A DNA stretch of 63,531 nucleotides, the filler included. It is 4 parts of 4 records of this genome, joined end to end, with 100 filler letters (N's around TTAATTAATTAA, not from the genome) between each part and the next. Parts side by side here need not be neighbours in the genome. Positions count along the whole stretch, not along the records: positions 45,284 to 58,299 come from DRR723986_842; positions 58,400 to 63,531 come from DRR723986_1342; 2 more parts are not named here. One strand, 5' to 3'. Positions 55,948-63,531 of the stretch are shown here, piece after piece. The translations under genes were made by a program, and so were the position numbers. Under the pieces are notes generated by a model. It was given only the letters and a program-made list of their open reading frames with translations, was not told where the DNA came from and searched no databases. The number at the start of each line of letters is the position of its first letter. The stretch's first letter is position 1.

Positions 55948-57234
55948 ATGAAAAACACATTCACCAAACTCGCATTGGCAGGCCTGATGGCCTCCACGAT
56001 GATCGGCGGCGCATCCGCCCAGGAAGACACGATCAAGGTCGGCATCCTGCATTCGCTTTCCGGCACCATGGCCATTTCGGAAACCACTCTGAAAGACGCC
56101 ATGCTGATGCTCATCGAAGAGCAGAACAAGAAGGGCGGCCTGCTTGGCAAGAAACTGGAAGCGGTCGTCGTCGACCCGGCTTCCGACTGGCCGCTGTTTG
56201 CTGAAAAGGCGCGTGAGCTGATCGAAGTCAACGGCGTCGACGCCGTGTTCGGCTGCTGGACGTCCGTTTCGCGCAAGTCCGTTCTGCCGGTCTTCGAAGA
56301 ACTTAACTCGCTGCTGTTCTATCCGGTTCAGTACGAAGGTGAAGAATCCCAGCGCAATGTCTTCTACACGGGCGCTGCACCGAACCAGCAGGCCATTCCG
56401 GCCGTCGATTACCTGATGAACGAGGAAGGCGTCGAGCGCTGGGTTCTGGCCGGTACCGACTATGTCTATCCGCGCACGACGAACAAGATCCTTGAAGCCT
56501 ACCTGAAGTCCAAGGGCGTGGCTGAAGAAGACATCATGATCAACTACACGCCGTTCGGACATTCCGACTGGCAGACGATCGTGTCCGACATCAAGACCTT
56601 CGGCTCTGCCGGCAAGAAAACCGCTGTGGTCTCTACCATCAACGGCGATGCCAACGTGCCGTTCTACAAGGAACTGGGCAACGCGGGCATCAAGGCTGAA
56701 GACATTCCGGTTGTCGCCTTCTCCGTTGGTGAAGAAGAGCTCGCCGGTCTCGACACCGCTCCGCTCGTCGGCCACCTGGCGGCCTGGAACTACTTCCAGT
56801 CCGCAGATACCGATGCCAACGCCGAATTCATCGATGCCTGGCACGCTTACATCGGCGACGACAAGCGCGTGACCAACGACCCGATGGAAGCGCACTTCAT
56901 CGGTTTCAACATGTGGGTTGAAGCAGTCAAGAAGGCGGGCAGCACCGAGCCGGATGCCGTGATCGACGCCATCGTCGGTGTCAGCGTTCCGAACCTGACC
57001 GGCGGCTATTCCGCGATGATGCCGAACCACCACATCACCAAGCCGGTGCTGATCGGTGAAATCCAGGAAGACGGCCAGTTCGAAACCGTCTGGGAAACCT
57101 CCGGTCTCGTCGTCGGCGACGCATGGTCCGACTATCTGGACGGCTCCAAGGACCTGATCTCCGATTGGCGCGCACCGCTTTCCTGCGGCAACTTCAACAC
57201 TGCCACCGGCAAGTGCGGCGGCTCCGGGTCTTAA
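55948..57234 (+). CDS. urtA: Urea ABC transporter substrate-binding protein
   Basis: IKVGILHSLSGTMAISE, DPASDWPLFAEKA, FGCWTSVSRKSVLP, YPVQYEG and GTDYVYPRTTN. Confidence 0.95.
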   Translation: MKNTFTKLALAGLMASTMIGGASAQEDTIKVGILHSLSGTMAISETTLKDAMLMLIEEQNKKGGLLGKKLEAVVVDPASDWPLFAEKARELIEVNGVDAVFGCWTSVSRKSVLPVFEELNSLLFYPVQYEGEESQRNVFYTGAAPNQQAIPAVDYLMNEEGVERWVLAGTDYVYPRTTNKILEAYLKSKGVAEEDIMINYTPFGHSDWQTIVSDIKTFGSAGKKTAVVSTINGDANVPFYKELGNAGIKAEDIPVVAFSVGEEELAGLDTAPLVGHLAAWNYFQSADTDANAEFIDAWHAYIGDDKRVTNDPMEAHFIGFNMWVEAVKKAGSTEPDAVIDAIVGVSVPNLTGGYSAMMPNHHITKPVLIGEIQEDGQFETVWETSGLVVGDAWSDYLDGSKDLISDWRAPLSCGNFNTATGKCGGSGS

Positions 57235-57251
57235 GGGAGGAGACGGAGCTC

Positions 57252-57275
57252 GGGCGGGTCTTACGAGACCCGTCC
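57252..57275 (+). terminator. Stem-loop after urtA (terminator or mRNA stabiliser)
   Basis: GGGCGGGTCT-tacg-AGACCCGTCC followed by TCTTT. Confidence 0.5.
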
Positions 57276-57332
57276 TCTTTCCCCGGTTTTCCAACCGGAA
57301 AGGTTTGCCTGGAGAGTCGCTCTTAGCTCTCC

Positions 57333-57439
57333 CCTCATCCTGAGGAGGACCACAAGGTCCGTCTCGAAGGATGGGCGGCAACCCCGGAAGCAAGTGACCC
57401 ATCCTTCGAGACGCCGCAATGCGGCTCCCCAGGATGAGG
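57333..57439. repeat. Palindromic intergenic REP/MITE-like element (107 bp)
   Basis: Outer IR CCTCATCCTGAGGAG / CTCCCCAGGATGAGG (14/15); perfect inner 16-bp IR at 57360-57375 / 57398-57413; two short side hairpins. Confidence 0.8.
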
Positions 57440-57474
57440 TCGTCAGGTGAAAGTTCTAAACACCGGTGGACACG

Positions 57475-58299
57475 ATGTCCTTGATGAGATCCTTCCTACT
57501 CCTCCTCAGCCTCGCTGCCAGCCTCCTTGCCGCACCGGCACTGGCCCAAAGCGATCCAGAGGCACTCCGTCCGCTGATCAACGACTTGGCCAAGGGCAAA
57601 TATTCCGAAACCGAAAAGCAGATCGGTGCCCTTGTCGCGACCGGTGACCCGCAGGTGGCTCCTGCCCTCGAGGCCTTGAGCGATGGCGATCTATACGTGC
57701 GCAAGGCAGATGGCGAAGTCTTCATCACCAGGAAGGCCGGCAAGAACTTTGCCCTGATCGACCCGCTGACCATGGAAACGACCAGCGAAGCGGCCAAGGG
57801 CGAAATCGACAAGATCAAGGTCAACAACAAGCTGCGCCGTGTGATCCGGTCCGCGCTCGGGTCGCTGACCCTGATGGCGCCCGACCCGAAGGTTCGGATG
57901 GCCGCTGCCGAAGCCGTGTTCAAGGCGAAGGATCCGGACAGTATCGAAGCCCTGGATGCCGCCATTGCCGCTGAAACGGACGATGGCGTGCGCAAGGTAA
58001 TGGAAGAAGCCCGGGCCGCAGCCGTTCTGAACTCAGATATGGACGAGGCAGCGAAACTCCAGGCGGTTTCGACGCTCGGCACCATGGGCAATCGCGATGC
58101 TCTGTCGCTTCTGATCGCCGTACAATCTTCCTCTGAAGGCGCCTTGCGCGAAGCGGCAACCACGGAAATCACCAAGATCGAGAAATCCATTGCTGCCTGG
58201 GATGCGGCACAGAATGTCTGGTATGGCCTGTCGCTTGGATCCGTGCTGCTGCTCGCTGCCATTGGCCTTGCCATCACCTTCGGCGTCATGGGCGTCATC
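57475..58299 (+). CDS. urtB: Urea ABC transporter permease with HEAT-like periplasmic N-domain, 3'-truncated
   Basis: KVNNKLRR and GLSLGSVLLLAAIGLAITFGVMGVI; follows urtA. Confidence 0.92.
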
Positions 58300-58399
58300 N
58301 NNNNNNNNNNNNNNNNNNNNNNNNNNNNNNNNNNNNNNNNNNNTTAATTAATTAANNNNNNNNNNNNNNNNNNNNNNNNNNNNNNNNNNNNNNNNNNNN
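58300..58399. other. Artificial contig spacer
   Basis: N-run, TTAATTAATTAA, N-run. Confidence 0.98.
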
Positions 58400-58468
58400 C
58401 TCTTCGGGGGTGTCCATTTCGAAGCTTTCGTTCAAGAGTGCTTCAAACTCGTCCATCATATTCGCCAT
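58400..58468 (-). CDS. rpsA: 30S ribosomal protein S1, N-terminal fragment
   Basis: MANMMDEFEALLNESFEMDTPEE; conserved aroA-cmk-rpsA order. Confidence 0.85.
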
Positions 58469-58802
58469 GTAGCGTATTTTTCCTAATCTAGACTTGTTTT
58501 CTGGCCGCGCGGTTGTCTCCGCCGGTCTTGGAATGAAATTGGTCCGCCGCGCGGGCATCAAACACAAACGAAAGAGGGCCGGTTGAAACCGACCCTGCCC
58601 GCAAATTGTGTCCGAAGCTGTATCCGCCCCTTAGACAGACGCGCGTATAGGCCAAATGCCCCAACACTGCAAGGGCCAAAGCCCTCATTGTCTGCCTTGG
58701 CGCTGTGCCCTTGGGCCGAACCAATCATCCGCTTTCAACCGCACCTGTGCCAAAGCGTGCATGATTCCCAAAACCCCGGCCCGGTTCCCTCAACGAAACC
58801 GC

Positions 58803-59441
58803 CTATGCACCCTTGTCCGGCATCTGGTCCAAGACCCCTTGGATCAACGCAGCAACCTCCGCCACCGCATCAGCAATGGCCATATTCGACGTATCAATGC
58901 GCACCGCATCTGTCGCCGGTTTCAGCGGTGCATCGGCGCGTCCCATATCCCGCGCATCCCGCGCCAGCACGTCTTTCAACACCTCTTCAGGTGTCACATC
59001 CATGCCCTTGCCTGCCAGCTCAGCATAACGCCGTTCTGCCCGCACCTCCGCATCTGCCGTGACAAACAGTTTCACCTGCGCCTGCGGGCATATCACCGTC
59101 CCGATGTCGCGCCCATCCAGCACCGCACCGCCCGCCCGCGCCGCAAAACTGCGCTGAAAATCAACCAAAGCCGCCCGCACCTCGGGGATCGCCGCTACCC
59201 GGCTGGCCTCTTGGGCCACAGAGGGGCGGCGCAAATCGTCATGCTCCAGATCCCCCGGCACCAGCGCGCGCGCTGCCTCTGCCGGAGACTGCCCCTGCAA
59301 GGTTTTCCCTGCCACAGCCCTGTACAGCAAACCAGTGTCCAGATGCGCAAACCCAAAATGCGCCGCGACCGCCTTGGAAATTGTCCCCTTGCCAGAGGCC
59401 GCAGGCCCGTCAATCGCCACGGTAAAGCCGTTTGTTGTCAT
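58803..59441 (-). CDS. cmk: Cytidylate kinase
   Basis: [34 protein letters not shown] and R..APL. Confidence 0.95.
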   Translation of the reverse strand: MTTNGFTVAIDGPAASGKGTISKAVAAHFGFAHLDTGLLYRAVAGKTLQGQSPAEAARALVPGDLEHDDLRRPSVAQEASRVAAIPEVRAALVDFQRSFAARAGGAVLDGRDIGTVICPQAQVKLFVTADAEVRAERRYAELAGKGMDVTPEEVLKDVLARDARDMGRADAPLKPATDAVRIDTSNMAIADAVAEVAALIQGVLDQMPDKGA

Positions 59442-59953
59442 GACCCGCCCCTTGCACGTTGTTTAGGCGCCCGGCGCCATGCCCAAAGGCAAATGGCACA
59501 TGCCAGCGCCAGAAAGCCCCATTTCGCCATGGTAAATCCACTGGCCAGCGCCACCGCTTCTGCATCCAACGCCGCGCTGCGCAACATATCAGCCACCAAA
59601 GCGTTCTCGGCCAGATCCATCACCAAATATGCTGCCGGAATGACAATCAATGACAGGCGCAGGGCCGGATGCACCCCGCGTGCTTGCCCCCACAGAATAC
59701 CCGACAGGCAAAATGTCAGAAGAACCGGAAACACGGTGTCCAGCCATCGAAACCAGCCCAGATAAAGCTGCTTTTGCCCCGCATCCAGCATGCCCAGATA
59801 ACTATCGGCCTCCGCCAAAGAATACCCGCCCAACCGGCTGTCAAAGATCAGCATCCCGTCTGGCTCCAACCACCCTTTCGACAATGCCGCCAACACCAGA
59901 AACAGCGCAAGCGAGATCGCCCCGGACAGTCTGACCAAACGGCCCAGCGTCAT
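59438..59953 (-). CDS. Hypothetical four-TM membrane protein
   Basis: Overlaps aroA (1 bp) and cmk (4 bp); [21 protein letters not shown] and T.AKW. Confidence 0.75.
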   Translation of the reverse strand: MTLGRLVRLSGAISLALFLVLAALSKGWLEPDGMLIFDSRLGGYSLAEADSYLGMLDAGQKQLYLGWFRWLDTVFPVLLTFCLSGILWGQARGVHPALRLSLIVIPAAYLVMDLAENALVADMLRSAALDAEAVALASGFTMAKWGFLALACAICLWAWRRAPKQRARGGS

Positions 59954-61305
59954 CAGCCCGCGTTGCGCGTCACCTGCGCACCCAACTGCTGCATCAACGG
60001 CTCGAATATCGGGAAGGACGTGGCAATCGGCCCGCCATCATCCAACTGCACAGGCTTTTGCGACGCCATGCCAAGGATCATGAATGACATCGCAATCCGG
60101 TGATCCAGATGACTGGCACAGGTCGCACCACCCGGCACCTCGCCATGGCCACGCCCCGTGACGATCCACCAATCAGGCCCGTCCTCAACCTCAATGCCAT
60201 TGGCCCGCAAACCCGTGGCCATCGCATCAATCCGGTCGCTTTCCTTCACGCGCAACTCTTTTACGCCGCGCATCACGGTCTGCCCTTCGGCAAAGGCGGC
60301 AACAACCGACAATACCGGATACTCATCAATCATCGACGCGGCACGCTCGGGTGGCACTTCGATCCCCTTAAGGTTCGGCGAAAACCGCGCCCGCAAATCC
60401 GCGACAGGCTCACCGCCCTCTTCGCGCTCGTTCTCATAGGTCAGATCCGCACCCATCTCGCGCAGCGTGGTAAAGACCCCGGCCCGCGTCGGGTTCAACC
60501 CGATCCCCGGCACCAGAACATCCGACCCCGGCACAATAAGCGCGGCACAAACCGGAAATGCCGCCGAAGATGGATCACGCGGCACGTCAATATGCTGCGG
60601 CTTCAACTCTGGCTGCCCGGTGAGGGTGATCACACGGCCCGCATCTGTCTGTTCTACGGAAACTTCCGCACCAAACCCGGACAGCATCCGCTCGGTATGA
60701 TCACGCGTGGCTTCGGCCTCAATCACAACGGTCTGACCCGGCGTGTTCAATCCGGCCAGCAAAACCGCGGATTTCACCTGCGCCGACGGCACCGGCACCT
60801 CGTAACGCACTGGAACCGGACCCGCTGCCCCCACCAAGGTCATCGGCAAACGCCCCCCCGCGCGGCCAACCGACTGACACCCGAACAACGCCAAAGGATC
60901 AGTAATCCGTGCCATCGGCCGCCCGTTGAGGCTGGCATCCCCGGTAAAGGTCGCCGTGATCGGAGATGTCGCCATCGCCCCCATGATCAGCCGCACACCG
61001 GTGCCGGAATTGCCGCAATCAATCACATTCTCCGGCTCGGCAAACCCGCCGACACCAACACCCTGCACCGACCAGGACCCGCCGCCGTGATCGGTCACCT
61101 CTGCGCCGAAGGCCCGCATCGCCTTGGCGGTATCAAGCACGTCCTGCCCTTCCAAAAGACCGTTGATCGTGGTCTCGCCCACCGCCATCGCACCCAAAAT
61201 CAACGACCTGTGCGAGATCGACTTGTCACCCGGCACCTCGGCCACACCGGTCAAGGGGCCGCAAGCGGTAGAAGTCATAGGAATGGGGGCACCGTGGCTC
61301 GACAT
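59953..61305 (-). CDS. aroA: EPSP synthase
   Basis: [48 protein letters not shown] and DHRIAMSF. Confidence 0.97.
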   Translation of the reverse strand: MSSHGAPIPMTSTACGPLTGVAEVPGDKSISHRSLILGAMAVGETTINGLLEGQDVLDTAKAMRAFGAEVTDHGGGSWSVQGVGVGGFAEPENVIDCGNSGTGVRLIMGAMATSPITATFTGDASLNGRPMARITDPLALFGCQSVGRAGGRLPMTLVGAAGPVPVRYEVPVPSAQVKSAVLLAGLNTPGQTVVIEAEATRDHTERMLSGFGAEVSVEQTDAGRVITLTGQPELKPQHIDVPRDPSSAAFPVCAALIVPGSDVLVPGIGLNPTRAGVFTTLREMGADLTYENEREEGGEPVADLRARFSPNLKGIEVPPERAASMIDEYPVLSVVAAFAEGQTVMRGVKELRVKESDRIDAMATGLRANGIEVEDGPDWWIVTGRGHGEVPGGATCASHLDHRIAMSFMILGMASQKPVQLDDGGPIATSFPIFEPLMQQLGAQVTRNAG

Positions 61306-61389
61306 GTTAGCGTCCTTACTTTGTTCAAAACGCTTCTAACGCAGCCATGAAACCACGTCCATGCCATCCGCGACGGCGCAGCCCCCAAA

Positions 61390-61441
61390 CTTCATTTGGC
61401 CAGAAAACCTCTGGGGGAGTTTGAGGGGCCAGTGCCCCTCA
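61390..61441. repeat. Intergenic hairpin element resembling Rhodobacteraceae repeats
   Basis: CTTCATTTGGCCAGAAAACCTC..GGGGAGTT, then a TGAGGGGC-cagt-GCCCCTCA hairpin; single copy in this window. Confidence 0.4.
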
Positions 61442-61485
61442 TCAGCACAATAAAATCGAATGCGGGCCATGCCCGCACACTCAGC

Positions 61486-62187
61486 TCAGGTCTTGCGGAA
61501 GGTCAGGTAATGCGGGGTGCGCCCTTCGCGCAGGGCCTTCTGCTCATACCGGGTTGAAAGCCAATCCCCCCAAGGTTGCCGCCAGTCCTCCGGTCCTTCG
61601 GCCAGCCATTCAAACCCGAACTGCGGAACCTGCTCCAGGGTTTGACGCACATAATCCTCAATATCTGTGGCCACGCGGAACACTGCTCCGGGTTTGAGCA
61701 CCCGCGCCAAGGGTTCAAGGTGTTCGGGCGTCACAAACCGGCGCCGGTGATGCCGCGCCTTGGGCCATGGGTCAGGATACAAAAGAAACGCCCGGTCAAT
61801 CGATTCTGGCGGTAGCACGTCAAACATATCGCGCACGTCGCCGGGGTGGATCGCCAGATTGCCGACACCGGCGCGGCGGATCTTACCCAACAGCATCGCC
61901 ACACCATTGATATAAGGCTCGCACCCGATGATCCCCACATCAGAGTTCTGCGCCGCCTGATGCACCAGATGCTCACCACCGCCAAAGCCGATCTCAAGCC
62001 AAACCGGCTTGCTATCAAAGAGCCCCTTCAGATCCAAAGGGGTCCGCTGGGGATTGTCCTCCCAGCTGACCGGACCGGGCGACAACCCGTCCAGATCCTG
62101 CTCAATATACCCCTGTTGGGATTTCTTGAGAGATTTGCCTTTGAGGCGACCATAGAAATTGCGGCGGGGGCGTGTTGGCTGTGTCAT
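61486..62187 (-). CDS. trmB: tRNA (guanine-N7)-methyltransferase
   Basis: LEIGFGGGEH, IGCEPYING, YPDPWPK.RH..RR, ATD..DY and TRYEQKA..EGR. Confidence 0.95.
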   Translation of the reverse strand: MTQPTRPRRNFYGRLKGKSLKKSQQGYIEQDLDGLSPGPVSWEDNPQRTPLDLKGLFDSKPVWLEIGFGGGEHLVHQAAQNSDVGIIGCEPYINGVAMLLGKIRRAGVGNLAIHPGDVRDMFDVLPPESIDRAFLLYPDPWPKARHHRRRFVTPEHLEPLARVLKPGAVFRVATDIEDYVRQTLEQVPQFGFEWLAEGPEDWRQPWGDWLSTRYEQKALREGRTPHYLTFRKT

Positions 62188-62289
62188 GCGCTGCCTTTAC
62201 CGAAGCCCGCGCCTTGCTGCAACGGGGGCATTAACGCTTGGGTAATATCCTCCCGCCTATAGTCGGCAAACTTGTTGAAAGGACACTCC

Positions 62290-63066
62290 TTGCCCAGCCC
62301 CTCGCCCCTGCGGTCTCATGGATCTGTCACAAATGGGCAACCCACGGCGGTTCTCATTCTGGATGACGAACGGTTTGACAGACACCGATTGGCCCGGTTC
62401 TGCTCAAGCCTCGATTTTCCCTGCGCAGTCTCCAACGCCAGCAGCCTGAACGATTTTCGCAGTCGGATCGAGGAAAGCTCGTTCTCGCTGATCCTGATTG
62501 ACTATTATCTGCCGGACGGCAACGGGATGGACGCGCTGGAACTCGTGCGCCTGTCGCCGCGCAACCTGAACACCGCCACGATCATGATCACCGGTCTGGG
62601 TCAGGACAGCATCGAACAACAGGCACTGGACTGGGGCTGCGCCGACTACCTCACCAAGGACGAGCTGTCCTCGGCCACGTTTCACCGCGCGGTCAACAAC
62701 GCCTTGCAAAGGTCGGAACTGACCGTTGCGGTCGAGGCTCAGACCTATGCGCGGCTAGAGGTCGAAAAGGTACTGGAACACTTTGCCGGGCAATGCGCCC
62801 GCGACATCAAACCCATGGTCAGCCGGATGATGCGGCAATTGCGCGATCTGCGATCCGGTGCGGACCGCGCAGGCGTACCCCAGCTGGATCAGTTTGACCG
62901 GATCGACAGCTCTTGCATGACCTTGTGGGAGTTCCTCATCGAGATGGAGCGTTACCAAGGCGCGGCACTTGTGGGCGGGTTGCTGACGCCACTTGCTGAC
63001 GGTTCTAGCGGCGATCTGGCCGAACCAGACAAACCACCCTCGCCGTTTACGCGGATGTCTCACTAG
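62290..63066 (+). CDS. Response regulator receiver protein with uncharacterised helical C-terminal domain
   Basis: VLILDDE.FDR, LIDYYLPDGNG, IMITG and GCADYLTK; AAGGA precedes TTG 62290; start uncertain. Confidence 0.8.
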   Translation: MPSPSPLRSHGSVTNGQPTAVLILDDERFDRHRLARFCSSLDFPCAVSNASSLNDFRSRIEESSFSLILIDYYLPDGNGMDALELVRLSPRNLNTATIMITGLGQDSIEQQALDWGCADYLTKDELSSATFHRAVNNALQRSELTVAVEAQTYARLEVEKVLEHFAGQCARDIKPMVSRMMRQLRDLRSGADRAGVPQLDQFDRIDSSCMTLWEFLIEMERYQGAALVGGLLTPLADGSSGDLAEPDKPPSPFTRMSH

Positions 63067-63152
63067 GATCACGGCCCGAAACCAGACCCATCACAACACA
63101 AAGGGCCGCGATTGCGGCCCCTGTCTGAATTATGCGATTCCAGGCGATCCGA

Positions 63153-63530
63153 TCAAACGGCGGCTTTCAACGCCTCTGCCAGATCGGTCTTTTCCCAGCT
63201 GAACCCGCCATCCGCTTGTGGGGCGCGGCCAAAGTGACCGTAAGCTGCCGTGCGTTGGTAAATCGGGCGGTTCAATTGCAGATGTTCACGAATACCGCGC
63301 GGCGTCAGGTCCATCGTGGCGCCAATTGCCTTTTCAATGTCCTCATCGCGCACTTGGCCCGTGCCAAAGGTGTCACAATAGATCGACAGTGGCTTGCTCA
63401 CCCCAATCGCATAGCTGAGCTGGATCGTGCATTTGCTGGCCATGCCAGAGGCCACCACGTTCTTGGCGAGATAGCGGGCCGCATAGGCCGCCGACCGGTC
63501 AACCTTGGTCGGATCCTTGCCGGAAAACGC
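63153..63530 (-). CDS. metK: S-adenosylmethionine synthetase, 5'-truncated
   Basis: [40 protein letters not shown] and FSWEKTD. Confidence 0.96.
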   Translation of the reverse strand, partial: AFSGKDPTKVDRSAAYAARYLAKNVVASGMASKCTIQLSYAIGVSKPLSIYCDTFGTGQVRDEDIEKAIGATMDLTPRGIREHLQLNRPIYQRTAAYGHFGRAPQADGGFSWEKTDLAEALKAAV

Positions 63531-63531
63531 A

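Noticed and set aside
1-63531. CRISPR arrays, tRNA/rRNA genes, transposases, prophage or defence genes
   Set aside because: No regularly spaced repeats, RNA-gene signatures or mobile-element proteins were recognised by eye.

Overview
The window joins four unrelated contigs with artificial 100-nt spacers (N-run, TTAATTAATTAA, N-run) at 15159-15258, 45184-45283 and 58300-58399. Contig 1 (1-15158, very GC-rich, Rhodobacteraceae-like) holds the 3' end of pncB and an accessory cluster for PQQ/lanthanide-type alcohol dehydrogenases. That cluster has a SoxYZ-like fusion, two YVTN beta-propellers, an MxaD-like SRPBCC protein, a PedA1A2BC/Lut-like ABC system, a second NitT/TauT ABC system, small periplasmic proteins including a very acidic PepSY protein, a HAMP kinase/OmpR pair and MoxR. 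Contig 2 (15259-45183, gammaproteobacterial, probably Halieaceae-like) holds a purK-purE-sbtA-sbtB operon, an NhaR-type LysR regulator, yccA and a secreted beta-carbonic anhydrase. It continues with uup, an aminotransferase, pepD, a TonB-receptor-centred purine-nucleoside scavenging locus, an aminotransferase-IV/sulfotransferase-like pair, cmoAB, lon and partial miaB. Contig 3 (45284-58299, Roseibium/Labrenzia-like) holds a sugar ABC catabolic operon, a GntR regulator, a permease-fused hybrid kinase with a LuxR regulator divergent from urtAB, and a palindromic repeat element. Contig 4 (58400-63531, Roseobacter-like) holds housekeeping rpsA-cmk-aroA-trmB-metK with two inserted genes. The best candidate for an undescribed system is the NhaR-linked bicarbonate-supply module: purKE-sbtAB and yccA-carbonic anhydrase share a 35-bp LysR-type operator with identical spacing. 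The second is the periplasmic purine-nucleoside scavenging locus, in which the 'NUP permease' looks like a secreted nucleosidase. All taxonomic and family calls come from motif recognition only; no searches were run.
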